This document shows positions 14,310 to 28,539 of a stretch of 64,000 bases of DNA, piece by piece. Position 1 is the first letter of the stretch, and every line of letters begins with the position of its first letter. The notes below the pieces were generated by a model, which was given only the letters and a program-made list of their open reading frames with translations, was not told where the DNA came from and did no database searches. This stretch comes from Octopus vulgaris (Eukaryota): positions 310,001 to 374,000 of the forward strand of contig OX597838.1 in NCBI GenBank assembly GCA_951406725.2. Reading direction: 5' to 3'. The position numbers and the translations under genes were made by a program.

Positions 14310-14446
14310 CTGAGGCCACTTTTCTGGGATGATATCAAACAATTCATCTTTTACATCTCCCTGGATAACAATCTCGTCGGCAGTCACTGATGAACCACAA
14401 GAAAACTTGGTGGCAAAGTATTTACTGGCTTCTTTCAGATCAATGT
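14310..14446 (-). CDS. DENR: DENR exon (SUI1 domain)
   Basis: acag|AC...CCTCAG|gtgagt. Encodes [45 protein letters not shown]. Confidence 0.95.
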
Positions 14447-15769
14447 CTGTGGATATAATCGGAAAAAAAAAATACAGTTGTCTATATCAAAAACATTGGG
14501 GTTTTTTGAAGCAGCATGGCATCAACGAACTATCTGGAACCAGTGATTGTCCCTAGAATGAAGAGATGGGAGTTTCTAATTGAGAGCTGTAACTGCCATG
14601 CAATCAGTGGATCCACATGAGGAACTATAGTTGCCATGTGGAGACAAAGAGATGCTAAAATATACCGAGAAACAACAATATACTTTTGGTCTCATCAAAA
14701 GAAAGTACCAGCATATTCCTCACAAAGATGAGCTGATATTTCTCATTTTCAATCTCTTATGCAAATAAAACAATTAGTGATTGTTTTATCCAGTTAGTAA
14801 TTGATCGTTAGATGTATTCATTAATTGTTTGGTTAACTATATTAATTATATATCAATGGCAGGATTTGTACTCAGCACTGCCATTTAATCACATACAGTG
14901 TTTATAAGTTATACTTCTTTGTGGTACCCATTTACAGCCACGTGAACTATGCTAGTGAGAGTGACAGAGTACAGTGAAATTACTGTGAGGAATGGAATAC
15001 ATTTGAGAGACTTTCCCTGGCAAATTCACTGTTTTCTTTCTGTTGGTTTTTTCTAAACAATATAAGTCTTACCAACACAAACCACCTGTGTTTTTGGATT
15101 CTCTTTTTTAATCTGGCTTAGTCAGTACGAATGAAGTGGCCAAAGAGCTCTGAAATAATCAGTTGTGAATGTGTAAAGTGAATGTTTTTGCTAATATATT
15201 TAAATTTAAATCTCATATTTTCTGTATCTGCTCTGTTGTTTATCGCAGTCCCATCTTTATTATCATAGTACCCCAATTTGGGGGATAAAAAAAAAGCAAA
15301 ATATTACATTCAGTTTCTGTATAAAATACTTAAATTCCAAAGAGAAACTGAAATATATCAATTATTTTCTCATAAAATTTCAAAAAAGAAAAAAGCCAGC
15401 ATTGTCACATGTGTTTGATAAATTCTCTCCAACAATGACCCTTTGCATCATGCTGGTCTTTTTACTTATTGCATATGGTGCTCCCTTAAAGACAGTGGAT
15501 TGATATTTGGTTGCTAATTCTAGTATGTCAATCAACCAACTGAATTAATCTATGAAGGCTGGAACTGTCTTCAACCACTTCAATCATAATACTTTATTAA
15601 AAGCTTTCCTACAAAACATCAAACCAACCCTTTTAACACAACTGTTATCTTCACAAAAAGACAAGAACTTTTTAATCAGAGTTGTTGCTTACCCAGTCTT
15701 CAAGCTAAACCCTTCTCCACATGGTAGCATCTCTACAATGAGCCTAATCAACTTAAACACAGTACATAC

Positions 15770-15943
15770 CGTAAGTAGCAAGTCCAGCAACAATTGTGAC
15801 TCGTTTCTTCTTGCCTCTTGTGGCTGTGGACAGCTTCAGACCTTGCGGTTCAGTTTTCTTTTTAGCTTTTATCACACCCCTACCACCCCGAGTCTGTCGC
15901 TTCTTCTTCTCTTCAGTTTCTTCTGAACCTAAATTTTCATCTC
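15770..15943 (-). CDS. DENR: DENR exon
   Basis: ttcag|GA...TACG|gtatgt. Encodes EEKKKRQTRGGRGVIKAKKK...RGKKKRVTIVAGLATY. Confidence 0.95.
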
Positions 15944-17594
15944 CTGAACAATAAATATAGCAAGAATTAAAGTATTACGATAATAATGAGAATAATTGTA
16001 AAAACAGATGAAAGAGTGGTTAATATACAAGGCAAAATTTCACAAGTGAATATAGCACCTTTTACAAACCCAAATCCAGCCATTTCACCTTTAACTACCC
16101 CTAGCCTAATAACTCCAATGTGCATAGGAACCATGCCACCAAGATGAAATAGTTATGAAGTCATGCCAAGACTTTGTTACAGTTGTATAGAAAAAAAAAA
16201 CATGTTTAAGTAAAGATGATCCAGCTTAAAACACAAAGATTTCATAAAGGTAACATAGTAACGACATTGGATTAGAGCAGAAATGTCTAGATTAGTAGAT
16301 ACCTCAGGTTAATCTAGGATTATTCAAGAGTGATTATTAAAGGATTTCTTAAACTGGTAAATCTTTGGGAGCAGGCTACAGTAAAATAAGATATCAAAAT
16401 GCTGAAATAATGACATTTACAATAACAAAAGCCCAAACCAACAACACTTTTGAAAATTGTGATACAGGAAAGAAAACTGCTGACAAAATACTATTTACGT
16501 TTGCAGAAGCATTTGTCAAGTGAAAATCATGAAATCATATGTGAAACATTCAGTAATACAAGAAGTTATTTGTTATAACTCATCGTGGCATGAGGCCACA
16601 TGTGAAACATGTGGCATTATTGCTATGAAATACAAGTTTCTCTCTCCTCCATTCATAAGAGTGAAATAGATGCAGCCATCAAAAAGACAGAAATTGAAAT
16701 GGTTGACTTTGTCTAAAGATCAATCGTGTTTGGAAATGATTATTTCTTGTTTTCAAAAGAATCCAGGCTTCTCTCAGCAACAAATATGTTTTCTTACATA
16801 ACAAAAATATGTGAAACAAAACAACATTTAGAAATACTTAATAAATTCCATTAAATGCCAGAGATCTTTCAAAAGAAATTCAAAATACCTTTTTTAATGT
16901 TTCTTATTAAAAAAATATTTTTCTTTCATATGAAAAATTCTTTCTTCTTTAAAATATTAGTTTTCTTTATTTCATTAATTAGCATAATTAATATGTATTA
17001 TCTAATAATCATTATTAAAATTTAGATTTTATTTTCTAAACTTATTTTTGTTTGTCCAAATTCTTTACTGGTGCCAATAATTAAGAGCTATTCATTATAC
17101 CAGGTTTCCAATTATACTTCTCAATTTTTTTTCTATTTACATAAAGTTATCTAATTAAGTGGTATTCATGATACTACATAACTTATTTACTGTAGCCCTT
17201 TTTAGTAGGTAATAATGGTTCTTAAAAAAAAACTTCCTAAACAACAAAAGAATTCCTATCATTATCTCAAATCCCTGAGATTGCTGTTGTTTGGGAAATT
17301 TAACAGTAGCGGAACTTCAAAGAATTTTTAATAATCAAAATTCATTTTCACCTGACAGGTGCAGTAAAAGTACAAACCAAACTTCACCTGCAGATCAGTT
17401 TGTCAGAGTTTGTTGAAGTTGTGACATTGTCAAAGTCAGAAATTTGCTTCCAAACAGCTGAACTTCTTTTAGGAAATCACAGAATTTCTAACTAAACAAT
17501 TATGAATTCAAACATAATCCTGAATCAAAATGAAGATTTAACAAACTTTCAATGAAAACAATGAAATAAAGATAATCCTTCACAGGAAACTCAC

Positions 17595-17685
17595 CTTTGC
17601 CAGCCATGAGTTTTTTGAATTGATCAGGCATGTTTTTTTCAAGCCAAATTTTACATCTTTCATAATTTGGATAGTATTCACAATA
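17595..17685 (-). CDS. DENR: DENR exon
   Basis: tgcag|TATTGT...AAAG|gtgagt. Encodes YCEYYPNYERCKIWLEKNMPDQFKKLMAGK. Confidence 0.95.
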
Positions 17686-18490
17686 CTGCAAGAAACCAAA
17701 CCAAAATTATTAGAATTTTAAGCAACTAAAAACTCACATTCAACAGGTGGGGCCATCAATTGAGAAAACAGAGTAATGGACAAAACAGATACAGCAGTAT
17801 TTCTTCTAGCACTTCACATTCCGAGTTCAAATCCCATAGAGGTCAAATTTGCCTTTTATTCCTCAAGTGTCTATAAACTACCAGTCTACAATTATATTCT
17901 GCAGTTTTAGGAGAGTATAACAAGTGAATCTAAGTGGGAATAGCAAGATGTTGAAGGAAAACTCCAGGGAACTGATCTAGACACATATCAAGTGTAAAGG
18001 AAAGCAATCGCATTTCATTCCAGATAAAGTCAGACTGCATATGGATTGTAAACAGTTGCGTGCAGAAGTTCTGATCACTTAAAGTGGATGGAATTTGTGG
18101 AAGAGGGACACCCAAGAAGTACTGAAGGCAGATCTCAAGACATTGAGTCTTACAAAGACAGAGGAGTGAGATATCTGGTATCTTAATGTACTCATTAAGA
18201 CAAGTCCGCGACAACAGTACTAGTGCTGGTTCCACATACAAAGCACTCGTGTTGGTGCCAGGTTAAAAGAACCCAGTACACTCTTTGGAATGGTTGGCAT
18301 TAGGAAGGGCATCTGGCCATAGAAACCAAGCCAGATCTGAATATGGAGTGTGAGGCAGGCCCCTAGCCTTATCAGTTCCTCCAGTCAAACCATCCAGCCT
18401 ATGCCAGCATGGAAAACAAATGTTCAACGATGATGATGAATTACAATACTTCAGAAACCATGAACAATACAAGGCATAAATCTGACTTAC

Positions 18491-18510
18491 CTCCACCGGC
18501 ATCGTACATT
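18491..18510 (-). CDS. DENR: DENR 20-nt microexon
   Basis: tgcag|AATGTACGATGCCGGTGGAG|gtaagt. Completes the Zn-binding YCG-E-CTMPVE-YCEY motif. Confidence 0.9.
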
Positions 18511-19613
18511 CTGCAGGGAAGAAAAATAAAATATTCACAGATGAAGTAGAAATTATTTTAACATTTTATATCAAGCATAAAATATAATGAATCACAATTT
18601 ACTTAATTAATCTTGATTAATAAAAGGAAAACAAAAACACTATTGTTGTTCTAGTTGTAAGAAAGTGCATTATAAAAGATTTCCTAACACTCGGTGTAAT
18701 AGGTGTTCCCATAGCAACATAACTAGGGTGGTTTTAATGAAGATATTTGTATATTGCTTGGGTTATTGTTTATATAGGTTATTTGTCCCTTTTTTAATAT
18801 TAATTTTGGAAGGTCTCAAATTTGGCAGGATGGTAAAGTTGACTAAGATTGAGCAGAGTTCTTGATTGGGTTGGTAGGTAGGGCTCTCCCAAACATCAAC
18901 CACTTTACACAATGTACTGAGAGTATTTTATCTTGGCATCAGTATGAGGAAAGCTGCCAACAAGAAGACTAGGTCTCCTTGACCGTTGCAGTTGCTGTTC
19001 ATTAACCAATCATTCTTCTGTGACATACATTCTAATAATATTGCCCTGTACCCGACAAAAGAGGGATCCTCACTGTTCAATGTTGTCTCTATTCATCCAG
19101 GGTAATGTAATCAATACAATAGGTGGGAGCTACATGTGTGTGTGTGTGTGTAAATATAAATACGCACATCAATTAGTTAAGAGATAACTTTATATTAGTA
19201 AGATGGATAGAAAATTCACATTTGGATAAATTGTTAAGTGAACCACTGACCACTGTTATATTTAGCAAACGCCACTCAATGTGTTCAGGAAGATTACAAA
19301 ATGCAAGTAAAATTAGGATTTCTTCTACAGAAACAGTAGATTCCTACTTAAAGTGAGACTGTTTGACATTCATCTATTTCCCAAGTCAAGATGCACTCCA
19401 GCTTGGCCTTAACCATGATGGTTAAAACAAACAAGAATCACAAGTAAAAGGAATTCAGTGCAATCAGAAATTGAAACAAGATCCCAGGATTGATGGCTCC
19501 CTGAGAGATAAACTCTATGGGGAGTCATTTGATCCTAGACTTAGCTCCCTGGGAGTAAAAAATCCCTACAAAGAATCACTAATTTAATGCAAAAACAATT
19601 GTAATAAGTTTAC

Positions 19614-19704
19614 CTCCACAATATAAAACCTCAATGGGGTAGTTGACATCTTTACGTGGGCCATCATAGACAAAAAATTTAGAATTGTCCATAATTGCTG
19701 TCAT
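19614..19704 (-). CDS. DENR: DENR first coding exon
   Basis: tttcag|A ATG...GGAG|gtaaac. Encodes MTAIMDNSKFFVYDGPRKDVNYPIEVLYCG. The six exons sum to 558 nt (185 aa plus stop). Confidence 0.9.
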
Positions 19705-20699
19705 TCTGAAAAGAAATTTTGAAAAGTTTTCATTAAAACATTCTTTATAATCTGTTGTGTCTGGGGAGAGTCATTCTCTTTTAGTGCCTTATTATTTAAC
19801 ACACTCACCAGTAAAATTTCCACTTATTTCTTATTTTTATTTTCTAAAATTTTCGTTGCATGTTGCAACCTTTTCAATAGTCTTGACTCTCTTTATAATA
19901 AAACCTCATAAAATCCCTGATCTGTAGAACATATTCATTTGAAAGGACCCATGTATGAATAGCAACTGTATAGTGTGTAGGATGAACCCACAGGCAAACT
20001 GTAAGATTAAGACTATAGTCTACAAGTATACTGTGTGCTGCAGAAACAGGTTAATGACATACAGTGGGGAGACAGCATGTAGTATAAGTGAACAGACAGG
20101 TGAAGACTGGTGGGAGCTCAAGGAGAAAATCTTGTCTGTTCTCTATCAACACGCTTATTTAGAACATGGAGGCTAGATAGATAACATAGATGTTACGATA
20201 TCATTAACATATACAACAGACTACAGAGGCCACACACATAGTAATAGACTGAGCCTCAACATAAAACATGAATGGAATATCCCTCACTCCACCACATTAC
20301 ATGACCTGACAACTAAAGACAGAATGAAAGAAAAGAAATGACACAGATACAAACAGTAGAATACATAGATCTATATTTATACACACACAAGACATATATA
20401 CACATACTAAAGACGAAATGAGAAAGGAAAAAACAATAAATAACTAAAAGACATGGATTGTAAGCAAACTCATACACATGCATACAAAACATACATACTA
20501 AACACAGCCGGGCACACACACACATAAGGATACATAACAGAGGAAGACAGAATGGACTAAGCTGAACAAGAGGAAATGTAGGATAGAGAGTCACTGAAGG
20601 GATGACAGGATGTGTGACAAAAGAGCTTTGACAAAGAAACAGAAATAACCAGAAAGCACTCGGAGAGCACAGACCTCCGTCAAACCAGAAGGAGCAGCA

Positions 20700-21062
20700 C
20701 TATGACAATGACCACCACAACTATCGTACCACTATCACCCCCACCACAACCACCACCATCATCAGCAACATTGTCACTGCTTCCACTTCAACCACATACA
20801 CCGCCATCAATGTTATCATGACGGTTACCTTGACAGTCACTTTCACCACCACAACCAGTATAACCACTGAAATACCACCATCACATGACTAACACTATCA
20901 TCAACACCACTATTACCACCATCACCTCAGCATCACACATCACACCATTCCTGTCACCATTATAACCACCGAAACTGTTTTATCCTCCCCACCCCCCATA
21001 CTTGTCTCGACCATTGTCATCATCAACAGTCTCTGCTTTCACCACAATCACCACAGTCACCC
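20700..21062. repeat. Degenerate (ACC/ATC)n low-complexity tract
   Basis: Runs of CACCAC/CATCAC with no sustained frame. Confidence 0.7.
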
Positions 21063-21579
21063 ATGGGACCAAGATTGTTGCAGATTTTTGATTTTTCTAA
21101 TTTCGGGGTGCCTCTGTTGGCAACAAATGGTTTCTCTCTATCAAGGCAGATTGTGTGATGCTCATATACAAACAGTAATGTCATGTGGTAGTAAGATCTG
21201 TGCTCTGGCTGCAGGGAACATGCAAAAGGGAAGAATGAAGTTAGTAATTCTCCATTGGACGTACAATGTCAATGTGCAAATAGATTGAGAGAAGAACTGC
21301 AACGAAGAGCCATTGCAAGAGAGAAGACTGCACTGGAATGGTAATGTGATGTGTATGGGTGAGGGCAGCTGCATCAAGTACCAAGTGCTAAATGTGGATA
21401 AAATCTGTTGAAGATGGAGACTCAGAAAAACATGGCACATAGTAATGAAGGCTAATCCCAAGATGCTGAGCCTCACAGTGAAGGTGACGAAGAACCAAGA
21501 TGGTTGGCAATTTTGTTATGTGCCAAAGGATCCATCCATCCAAGTAAAAGAGAGGTCCTCTACTGTAGTCTGCAATTTT

Positions 21580-22251
21580 TGTCATGGACAGAAAGTTGGA
21601 AGAAAACAGCGAAATGAAATTTTGTATTAAACATGAGAAGTCTGCTGCAGAGACATTGAGCATGCTTTAGCAAGCTTACAGCAATGAGGCAATGGGTCAT
21701 ATGCAGTTTCAAATGGCACAGGTGCTTCAAAAGTGGAAGAACATCCCTGGAAGACCTGCCACAAGCATCAACCCTAGAAATGTGAGGAAAATTCATCAGT
21801 TTGAGAATCGTTGGAGGACAATCAACGACATTCCTGATATTTGTTCATCTATCATATGGGTCCGTGCCAGCAATCTGAACCTCTGAATTGAACAGGCAAC
21901 ACCACCGAGTTCTCTTCACTCATGAGTTTCCCACCTAATAACATGGCATCACTTTCACACCCACCCTATTCACCAGATTTAGCACCTGCAGACTTCCATC
22001 TCTGCCCCAAGATGAAAAAGGCAGATGAAAGGTCACCATTTTAACACTGTTGTTCAGATTTGGAGTGAAGGTCCTCGACTTGCTTACAGAAAACAACTTC
22101 CAGGCCAGATTTCAAAAGTGGCAGCCATGCTGAGACCAGTGTAGTGCTATGCAAGGTGACTATTTTGAAGGAAATTAATTTCAAATTTAGGTAAATAAAT
22201 TACTTTTTATTAACCATAACTAGTCTGGGATCTTTCTGATATCACCTCGTA
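21580..22251 (+). mobile_element. Mariner transposase relic with right TIR
   Basis: Decayed MKFCIK.EKSAAETLSML..AY, FKWHRCFKSGRTSLED and HPPYSPDLAPADFHL. Ends ...TTTCTGATATCACCTCG-TA. Confidence 0.8.
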
Positions 22252-24854
22252 TGTCTCCATTTCCTTGCCCATCACTCCTTACACATCATTCTACCCCCTA
22301 CCTTCTAGTCTATACTCCTTCCTGAGCAACCTTTCTATCACCTTAATCACTCTCCATATTTCCTATCAACTTTACCTGTGTCCTTGATCCTTACTACATT
22401 CACCTCTAACCCTGTCTCCAACCATCTTTTCTTCCTTCTTCCTTTACTCACTACCCATATCTGTTCTTATGCTTGCCTCCTTGTACCTTGAGTTCACTCT
22501 GGCACCTCATCACCACCATCTCTATCTTCTTCCCAATTATTCCCCCACCCTTATATAATGTAGGATAGCCATGCACCTCCTCTCTAGCAAGACACCTATG
22601 CTTGTCCCTCTATCACACTTTAGCTTCTCAACACCAGGCATCAAGTCACCTCCCCCTCTCAAATAATCCCCCCACTTAGTCAAGGGGGCTTTTCCTTTTC
22701 TTTTCCTGTCTTGCAACTTACTTGGAAACTACCCGAGTGCCAGTGGCATGAAGGAAAATCAAACAGTACACTTTGTAAAGTGGTTGGCATTAGGAAAGTG
22801 CACCCAGCCATGAAACCATGCCACAACAGACATTGAGGATTGTCAGATTCTATCAAACTATCCAAACCGTGCCCACAATGGAAAACAGATTCCAAATTAA
22901 TCACCTTTACCAATCTCTTTCATACCAACAATAGTTACAATCTTTCAGATGGGGAGAACAGGTTAATTAAAGAATACATGCAAAGACATTAAACATTGCT
23001 GAAACACAAATTAAAAAACTTTGGCAAGATTATAAACAAGAGCAAAAGGAAAATCAAAATGTTTTCCAACCAAACTATAAATTAGACATGAGAATGGTGG
23101 CTTTCATTGAATGATTCTGCCAAGTTGTTTCTTTAGATTAAATTTCCCTTGGGTGAGATAGTTCTGCAAATTTAGAGGACTACATATAGATTTAGTGGCA
23201 GATGACTTAATCAATACAGTTGGTTCCTGTCAAGAATTAGTATGATAGTGAAGGTCTTTACCTAATTCACCACTTCAATAATATATATTTAAAAGAAAGC
23301 TGTTTTTTTGGTAAAAGAGACTGAATGGTGATGCAACACACCTTCACTTTCTCCAACATACGGTAAATGAGGGGGATTGAATGAACGAAGGGGAGACAAT
23401 TTCTTACCGTCGACAGTCCACTTAGCTGTAAAATGGAGCATGCAAAAACAGAGTTTTCCCTTGAGAGTGAGGAAGGAACTCTATGGTAACTGAGTATTTT
23501 TGCTAGCTTGAAGTGCTGAGTTCAAATCTTCTTTGAACCTGAAGAAAGAACAGAAAATTCTTCCAGCATTTTCCATTGAATCTTCTTTACATCAAGTCCA
23601 ACAACCCAGTAAATTAGAGAAATTAACTTAATTAAACATTACAGTTACCGGAGGTTTCTTCTTAAGTTAGACACTCAATTCGTGTGTACCATATCGTCAA
23701 CTGAGGCAATCAAAAAGTAGCCATTCTACCTTTGTTACAGTAACTAATGTGTTTTATTTAAGATCAAATGTTTAATTCACTGATAAATTAAACGGTTGTT
23801 TCGACTGTAGGACTAATTAGAAGAAACAGTAATTTTTGATCGTAATTTTAATCTCTCGGATTACAATATTATAAGAATATTAAAAAATGTGAAGAGTAGA
23901 AATTTTAATAGAAATCGTTCGTGAAATACTTTTGAGAAAACTGGAACTTCACAGAATAGCAGAGATAAGTAGATGGAGTTCTAGAACAATATAGACCTAC
24001 CGAAAATATGGGGAAATGGGACTTGAAACGAAAATTTAAATACGCAATTAAAGTTAGTTTTTAACTACAAAGTTGTGCTTTTTTTTTTAATAAAAAAAAA
24101 GAGCAACTTGTTATGTATTTATGAAGAATTACAGTCAGAGAACGACCACTGGGTAGTATTTATATTGCGTGGGTTTAAAACAGATCACCAAACATTTAGT
24201 TCTTTTATGATTCTCAGTATCATACACTGGCAACTCTGGTCAAAAGTTTCATATACTAACTACTATAGTCAGGGCAAATACAAGTTACGCTCAGTTATGT
24301 ATTTACAGAACGAAATCCACTTTTTATCTCTTGTTTACCATGCGGGTTGGGCTTTCTAATTCGCCTTTGTAGGATATGTTGCCGGCCAGCTGGAGTCATA
24401 TACTCGAGTAATACCAGTAGAGTATTAACTGCAGTGGACAGAGAGTAGAAATGCTATTAAATGAAAGACCTGCTGAAAGTAATGCAAGGGAATCGGGAAA
24501 TGAGGCAGAATTACTCAACAGAAGAATTTATTTCATCTTGGAGAAGAAAGACAGAAGAATGTTCTTGTCATTCGAGGAAGATCGACTTTTTGTCGGCGAG
24601 GAAACTAAACTCTGCAATTTGCACCTAACTGTGATCTACATAGAACAATTAACACCTCTAATTATAACAGAGTAACAAAAACGTAACAATAATAAAGCAT
24701 AATTAATGTATATTAATTAAATATGGTTAATTAGTGAAGGTTGCGTATTAAATACTAACAGGTTAATTGAGTTGAAATAAGAATTCCAGTCGTAGTGACA
24801 ACATGAAAGCGTTGGAGAGAAGGAGGTGAATAAGAGAGGGTGAGTGACGGTGTC

Positions 24855-25000
24855 TTACCTGTTTTACCTGAGTAATTAATTAATTAATTAATTAAAGACG
24901 ACGGAACAAAGAATTAGTAATTTACAAGAATTGACACCGGAAGCACGTGTTTCGATTGTCCTGCCATCTGTCGAGACCGGTGCGCATTCAGAGGGGAGGT
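24855..25000 (-). promoter_or_regulatory. Candidate DENR promoter and non-coding first exon
   Basis: Local CpG enrichment with CCGGAAG (ETS) and CACGTG (E-box), plus minus-strand donor-like CAG|GTAA sites near 24857-24870. The DENR ATG exon starts with an acceptor, so an upstream UTR exon must exist. Confidence 0.35.
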
Positions 25001-25837
25001 CACTCTAGTCTTACTTCAGTTCAATTCTCACCAAATATGGAAAAGAGCACCAATCTGCCACAGAGAAGGGTACCTTGTAATCAGTCGGTCACTGTTTTAT
25101 GGGCTGTCGAAAGATAAGGGGAGAGTTTTGCCTCTGAAATACAAGTATGGTAGTGTCTGACAAAGGAGTCTTTATGAGGTCGCTTGACTTGCTGTAAATA
25201 AAAGATAAATCACCCTCAAAGCTCACTCAATTGTCTTAAATAAAGGAAGAACACAATAGTGATCCGGAATACAAGAAAATATGAGATGGTCGTAACTGAA
25301 ACAGTTTTGATCACAGGTTTACACGATCAGGACTGACCTAGGGCTAAACAAAAACTGAATCTTCTGTAATACATCAAAGAACATAGTCTGATGAACAGTC
25401 ATTAGGAATGGAAAATGTTAAAGGGGAGAATAAAATCTATGATGATTCAGATAAAAATTATTGCATTTTAATGGCATTTACAAATAACATTTTTTTTAAA
25501 TGTTCAACGTTATGTTATTGAACATTTTTTGTAATAATTTATAATTTATTTTACTCTTCTGCATTTTGTTATTTAAAATCGAGAAGTAAAAATCTTTTGT
25601 TTCCGTCATGCCGGGGTACCGCCTTAAAGGGTTTTCGTCTAACAAATCAAACCTCATACTTATTTCTATTAAGCTAGGTACTTATTTTATCGGTCTCTAA
25701 TATCGATCCACTAAGTTACGCGGGACATAAACAGAACAACACAAGTTGTCAAGCGGTGGTGGTAGACGAACAGACATCATATAGTTTCGTTTTTCATCAA
25801 AGTAATCACGCTTTTTGGTATTCTTTCGATATGAATG

Positions 25838-26030
25838 CGGAGAGCTGGCAGAAACATTAGCACGTCGGGCGAAATGCTTAGCAGTATTTCGTCTGCCGCT
25901 ACGTTTTGAGTTCAAATTCCGCCGAGGTCGACTTTGCCTTTCGTCCTTTCGGGTTCGATTCAAATAAGTACCAGTTACGCACTGGTGTCGATATAATCGA
26001 CTTAATCCGTTTGTCTGTCCTCTCTGTGTT
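25838..26030 (+). mobile_element. tRNA-like SINE (family B)
   Basis: GAGCTGGCAGAA...GAGTTCAAATTCCGCCGAGGTCGACTTTGCCTTTC...AAGTACCAG. Other copies at about 2590-2800(-), 2845-3030(+), 39700-39890(+), 45240-45680(-, two) and 47240-47430(+). Confidence 0.75.
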
Positions 26031-26419
26031 TAGTAAAGAAATAGGTATTCTTTCGATATGACTCGACAAAATCAAAACACTTCAATTCGGCTGTTTCCGT
26101 GAAAAGTATGTGCCTGTGTCTTGTCAACTGTCGGTTGGCGGAATGGCAGGAGGAGGAGGAGAAGAAAGCTAATGGATTGTACGTGCGTGCGTACCTGTTC
26201 CTCTGTGCTTTTTCCCTTTGTGTCCGTGCTTGTTCTTGTCTGTGTGTGCCTGTTCTGTTTTTATATATCTATTTGTTGTGGATTTTAGAGATAACGAAAT
26301 TATGCCAGCAATGTTTCTACACAGGCATCATACAGCCTGCTTTTCACTCTCTGAACTTTGCCGATTCTTATTCTTTCAGAACAACCTCCACCACTACTAA
26401 CTTGGTCACCTAAGTAACA

Positions 26420-27950
26420 GAAACAGTCTTTAATACTTCTAAGGATCCCCACTGAGATTTCAGGGAGTCTATTTTCTGGTACATACCTGCTGTTTAATGT
26501 ACCTGCACATCTGCCTCATGTAAACATTACTTTCTCTCTTAGTTTTCCAGTAATACTGCTGCACTGCTTATGCGTCCACAGCTTGCACTGCGTACACCTT
26601 ATGGAGTTTCTCCTGACACCTTTTCTACATATCGAGGAGGGTCATCTCCCTGAAGAGGTCTGCAATTTGTCTGGTTTTCTACTTATTAGGACTTTGGTCT
26701 GTGCTAAATTAACTCTAAGGTCCTTTGATTCCAGTCTGTGCTTCCATACCTGAAATTTAGTCTCTAGTTCTGACAGTGATTCAGCAATGAGAACAAGGTT
26801 ATTGGCACAGAGGAGTTCCCAAAGACAGCCAGTCTTAAATTCCTCAGTTATAGCTTGGAGGACCATGATAAATAAGAGGAAGCTAAAAACCAAACCCTGG
26901 TGGACTCCTACATGTACACTAGACTCCTTGCTATATTCAGTGATGACTCTCACTTACTAACAGCATCCCTGTAGATGACTTGTACAGCTGTCACTAACCA
27001 ATCATCTATCCTTAGCTTCCACATTGCCCACCAGATAAGTGAATAGGGGACCATGTCAACAAAAGCCAGATACAGAACTTCTAACACAGGTGCCTCACCA
27101 GGAAGATACCATCGGTGGTGCTTCTCTCTGGCACAAATCCAAACTGCATCTCATCTATACTCTCTTTGTAATTTATTGAGCTATCTGCAACTTTCATCAC
27201 CTGGTCTGGTAATTTGATATCACTGTAATTATTCCTGTCAAGAGCAACACTTTTGCCTTTGTAGCAGTTGACTATAATGCTGTTACACCAATCGTTGGGT
27301 ATGACTCCCTTGTGGACAACTTGATTAACTATATGGTTGGCCAGGTCCTATCCCACTCACCAGATATGATGGGCCAGAGGCTTTCCCCGTCTTCATATCC
27401 TTAATTTATTTATCTACCAAGCTATTGTTGATTCAAATAGCCTGCCCCTCTGTTGAGTCCACATTAAGCAGGCTCTCCTCTTGTGCGTTCCCTACATTCA
27501 CTAACCTTTCATAGTGGCACTTCCAAGCCTCCTACTTTGCAGAATCACTAACTGCAAGTGAGCCATCATCCATGTGAACACACTTCCCTCCTATCACATC
27601 ACGATTTTCTCTGACACACTGTCTTGCAATCCAAAACACTTGAAGCTTCAGGTCTTCTCATCGCAGAACACTGGCAAACTCCCTCCTTTCTGCTTCTCCC
27701 CTGGCTGAGTATACCTGTCTTCTAGCCTCCATTTTAGCTACCTGTTATAGTTCACTGTTACCACCATTTTCCCAATCCTGTTTCTTTGTTCTCATGGTCT
27801 TGTCTACAATACTGTTCCCCCACCACCTCAGCCTAGGTCTGGTTGGGACTTAGCACCAACCACATATTTGGTATGTGGCATTCAGCAAGCTGCCCGACAA
27901 GGACTTCCAGCTGCTCTCTAGGATACAAGTCTGTAGTTCCTCCTCAAATA
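26420..27950 (-). mobile_element. RTE-type LINE fragment (RT)
   Basis: VGVHQGLVFSFLLFIMVLQAITEEFKTGCLWELLCANNLVLIAES (decayed QG...YADD region) plus upstream frameshifted ORF2 sequence. Confidence 0.8.
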
Positions 27951-28012
27951 TCAAAGGGGATTTTTGTTTTTAAGTGAAGTAGATGTAAACTGCACAAAGA
28001 TCCATTGTATTG

Positions 28013-28050
<38 letters not shown>

Positions 28051-28539
28051 GTTTCAACTCAAAGCTGTGGCCATATATATATATCATCATCATCATCATT
28101 GTTTAATGTCTGCTTTCCATGCTTGCATGGGTTGGATGACTTGTGTGAGGACTGGCGAACCAGATGGCTGTACCAGGCTCCAATCTGATCTGGCAGAGTT
28201 TCTACAGCTGGATGCCCTTCCTAATGCCAACCACTCCAAGGGTGCTTTAACGTGCCAGTCAGGCAGTATTGGCAATGGCCACGCTTGGGTGGTATTTTTT
28301 ACATGCCACCTGCACAGGAGCCAGTCCAGCAGCACTGACAACGACCTCGCTCAAATGTTTTTCACGTGCCAGTAAGGCGATGCTGGTAACAATCACATTA
28401 GAATGGTGCTTTTTACGTACCACCGGTATGGAAGCCAGTCAGCTGCTCTGGCAGCGATATATATATATGCACATCATCTATGTAATAAAAATGGATGTGT
28501 GCGTGTTCACCCATAGGAAGGAAAACTGCAGTGTCAATA

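Noticed and set aside
17388-17457. Possible extra DENR exon
   Set aside because: It has AG/GT-like borders but is 70 nt long, would shift the frame and shows no DENR similarity.
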